A stretch of 64,000 nt of DNA from Pseudovirgaria hyperparasitica (Eukaryota), in the NCBI GenBank assembly GCA_010093815.1, contig ML996571.1. The stretch is one strand, 5' to 3'. Below, one piece after another: positions 61,164 to 64,000 of this stretch; within the stretch, counting starts at the first letter, position 1; every line of letters begins with the position of its first letter. The notes under the pieces are model-generated. The model made no database searches and was not told where the DNA came from. It worked only from the letters and a program-made list of their open reading frames with translations. The translations under genes were made by a program, and so were the position numbers.

Positions 61164-64000
61164 TCTGTTTACATCCGACAGTTGTGTTTTTGGGGGATTA
61201 AATCACAATAGTTATATATTACAGCGAGGGTTGGAAAGATTGACTTGCTTAAGTCTTTGTGGTGCCTACAAAACATTGAAACAGGAGTTATGTAACGAGA
61301 TAGATGGGCTCTCATTCTGGGGCGGAGATTGCGTGCGGTACTCTTGAACGCTCTTACTTCGCTTCTGCTTCAAGTGGAGCAGGAGAACACAAAGCCGTAG
61401 GGCCTTCAGCTTGTAAGCTATTTGTGTCATACGTCGCTCAACATAGGAAGAGCTATAGAATGCTTGCTTGTAGCTGCTTCCTATGTCAGAGTGGCACGTA
61501 CTTATTGGTTGCTTTTCTCATGCTTTGCATCTTTAACTTAACAACAGTCATTCCTTACTAATGACCCTAAGGACTACCTCTACAGCATATTATTGTCGAA
61601 CCCTCATGAACCTGCTAACCCTGAGGCGGGTGGTAAACTGCTCGAGCCGCCGGAACGGGGAGGTCTCGGGAACCATGAGGCAATGAGTATAAGCATCTGC
61701 GCATGTTGTAACATCTGAATGCATGATTCTTCTTTGGGACACATCTGGCTATTATATAATACATATAGCAAATATCTATCCTAAGTCGGAATTTTGATCA
61801 AGTGGCGGTAAGGGAAGTTTATAACTATTTAAATAAAACACAACAGATCATATACAGCTGACCACCTAGCTAGACTGTCTCGACGGAACCATCTTTCTTA
61901 GTATCGACGTCCACAAGCTCAAGATGCTAGTTGCATCTCACGATATAGCTATGCTCTCTCGGTTCAAAGTACGAATCCCATGTGTGCATAGTAGATCCTT
62001 ATAGACTGTAACAGTGGCATCGCATCCATTTCCAGGGGTAACGAGAAGTCTACACTGGGTGTCACCAGGCGTGCCATGGTGAACCTTGGAGTACGAGTTG
62101 GAGTGCTTGTTGGAGCATGAGTTGCTTTCGGTTTGGTCGCTAACTTTGTAGAGTCGGAGCAGAGTTGAGGTTGGGAGTCTGCGATCAGATCAAACTTGCA
62201 GCGGTATACTTATACTGAGGTCGAGACGATGAGGACCACAAGGGCGACGGCGGTGAATGATAATTGAAATAAGGGGACGTCTTGACTTCTGAGATAGACG
62301 GAGAACTTGTGAAGATAATCAACTGCTTTGATGTCAGATGCCGGGGAACTTTATACTTTTCCCTGCCGCTGTTATTTATATATCTGGATCTGTGCTTGGT
62401 TTAATGTTGAGTTGTATAATAACCAGCACGACATCGCTCTTTGCTCTCGTCTACGATCTGAGGTGGGTACGAACAACGTGAATATTGCGGGATCCATTTT
62501 CAGAATCTTTCTCGTTTACCCTGGTCAGGTACGGAGACTTGCAAGAGTCTAAACATGTTGTTACACCATTAGCTTTACCTTAAACTGTAGGTCTTATTAG
62601 CATAAACGAACAAGCTCCTAAAACTCTCTTGGAACGCACCGCCAACATAAACGTGGAGATACGACTTGACTGAATTTGAAAGGCATGATCATTTAGATAC
62701 CGGGAAGCTTTGGAGGCAAGGGTTACTATGGGTGCTAGCGACAATCCGGATTTTGATAGACCAGGCTACAGATACATGTCGCTTTGGATTTTGCGAAACG
62801 AGTCCGCTCTTCATTTAGATTTCCAAACGAAAGAACGGTTTCTAAAGGTGTCTTGTCATTCTAGACTCCATAACAAAGTTTGTCGTATACCCGAACGGTT
62901 TGTAGATAGACTGCTTTATGGAGTCGAGTGATGATTGCACCCTGAGATGACAAGGTAATATATGTATATGGCTAAAGAGAAATGGGCAAGCTCAATGGGA
63001 TGTCCAGGTTCGATTCTACTGGCAAATGTACAGACAAGCTTATAATGCTACTTTGAAGAAAGTGAGCAGGTAGATGCGAACCTTCATTGCACGTGGCTGC
63101 GTGATGTCGGGTACTATGTCCCGCAATCATGTCTACCAAAATCAAGCGCAAGCATTGACACGTTAATTTGATTCTAGATCATGTTATATAAGGTTCTGCG
63201 GTAGTTCGTTAAAGATTCCGGGTCGGTGGAGGTGTTGCTTCGATGGATGTGCGTAATATCAACAGAGAACGATGACGAACAGTGATAATTAGTACCTCAG
63301 GTGATACCTCAGGCACGTCACGAGATAGTGGAGATTGTTCGGAGATAGAAGTTTTCAAGGATCCCCAGAATCAACTTTCCGATGCGGATCGTCATTCTGC
63401 ATGCGTCCCCGCAAACACCTATCAGAACGCAGAAGTAATCTACAACCTGGGCAGAACAGAACCACACAATCTCAACCCCTAGGGACCTATGTCAGTCTCT
63501 CGAGTGCCACCTCAACGCTCGTCTGTACCTGTTATCGCCGAGATATGTCATATCTTTAATTGGGGGGCTGATGCGCCTCCGTACCTATCGTTCACACCGG
63601 CTATCCTTCGCCCGCACTGGATAGCTCCATCGGCATTGCAATGAAATTCGCAAAGTTGGTTTTCTCTAACGTGTAGCCACTTATCACTGACCACCTTACA
63701 GAGAGCTCGATCGAGATGCCGTGCCCGAATGGCGCTCGACGTACCTCAATTACAAAGTCAGCAGCCCCAGTGAAGCTCTGCAGGCCTTATGCTGATAGCT
63801 CACAGAAAGGAAAGAAGCTCTTGAAGGCCATAACAAGAGCCCAGCATGCTGCTGGAACAACCAGAAGTGGATCTATCCGTCAGCGTGGAACCTATCGCTC
63901 ATCTTCCACTGGTGCTGCCACTGCGGAGGGCTTTGTAACAGATAATGCTCATGTAAGATATCTGGCGAACATCATTCAGTGTACCTAATCGTGCTAACTG

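Noticed and set aside
63282..64000. Possible spliced gene at the right edge
   Set aside because: Some splice-like signals are present, but frames are interrupted by stops and no product is recognisable within the window.

Overview
Gene-dense, intron-containing DNA of a filamentous ascomycete (Pezizomycotina; short GT-AG introns with CTRAC branch sites). About 27 genes can be modelled, mostly conserved housekeeping loci: TOP2 (3' end runs off the left edge), a UDP/dTDP-glucose 4,6-dehydratase, SNU23, a peroxidase-WSC protein, a TBC Rab-GAP, a TPR mitochondrial protein, SRAP/HMCES, an isochorismatase-AlkB-GST fusion, TFB5 (absent from the ORF track), a GFA protein, RACK1 with an intronic U24 snoRNA, a dienoyl-CoA isomerase, Air-like and Nop13-like RNA-binding proteins, MIM2, eIF2-beta, AIM24-family, a Kv-beta aldo-keto reductase, COQ7, RTF1 and a MOT1 molybdate transporter. 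An orphan-rich block at about 12.7-22.6 kb holds three genes I cannot assign, an exact 37-bp-period palindromic repeat array, older diverged duplications and a tRNA-like element. The most promising leads are (i) that array and its orphan neighbourhood and (ii) a SRAP + AlkB/GST + TFB5 + GFA neighbourhood that might form a DNA-demethylation/formaldehyde module. All assignments come from reading motifs by eye; no database searches were run, and exon boundaries are manual predictions.
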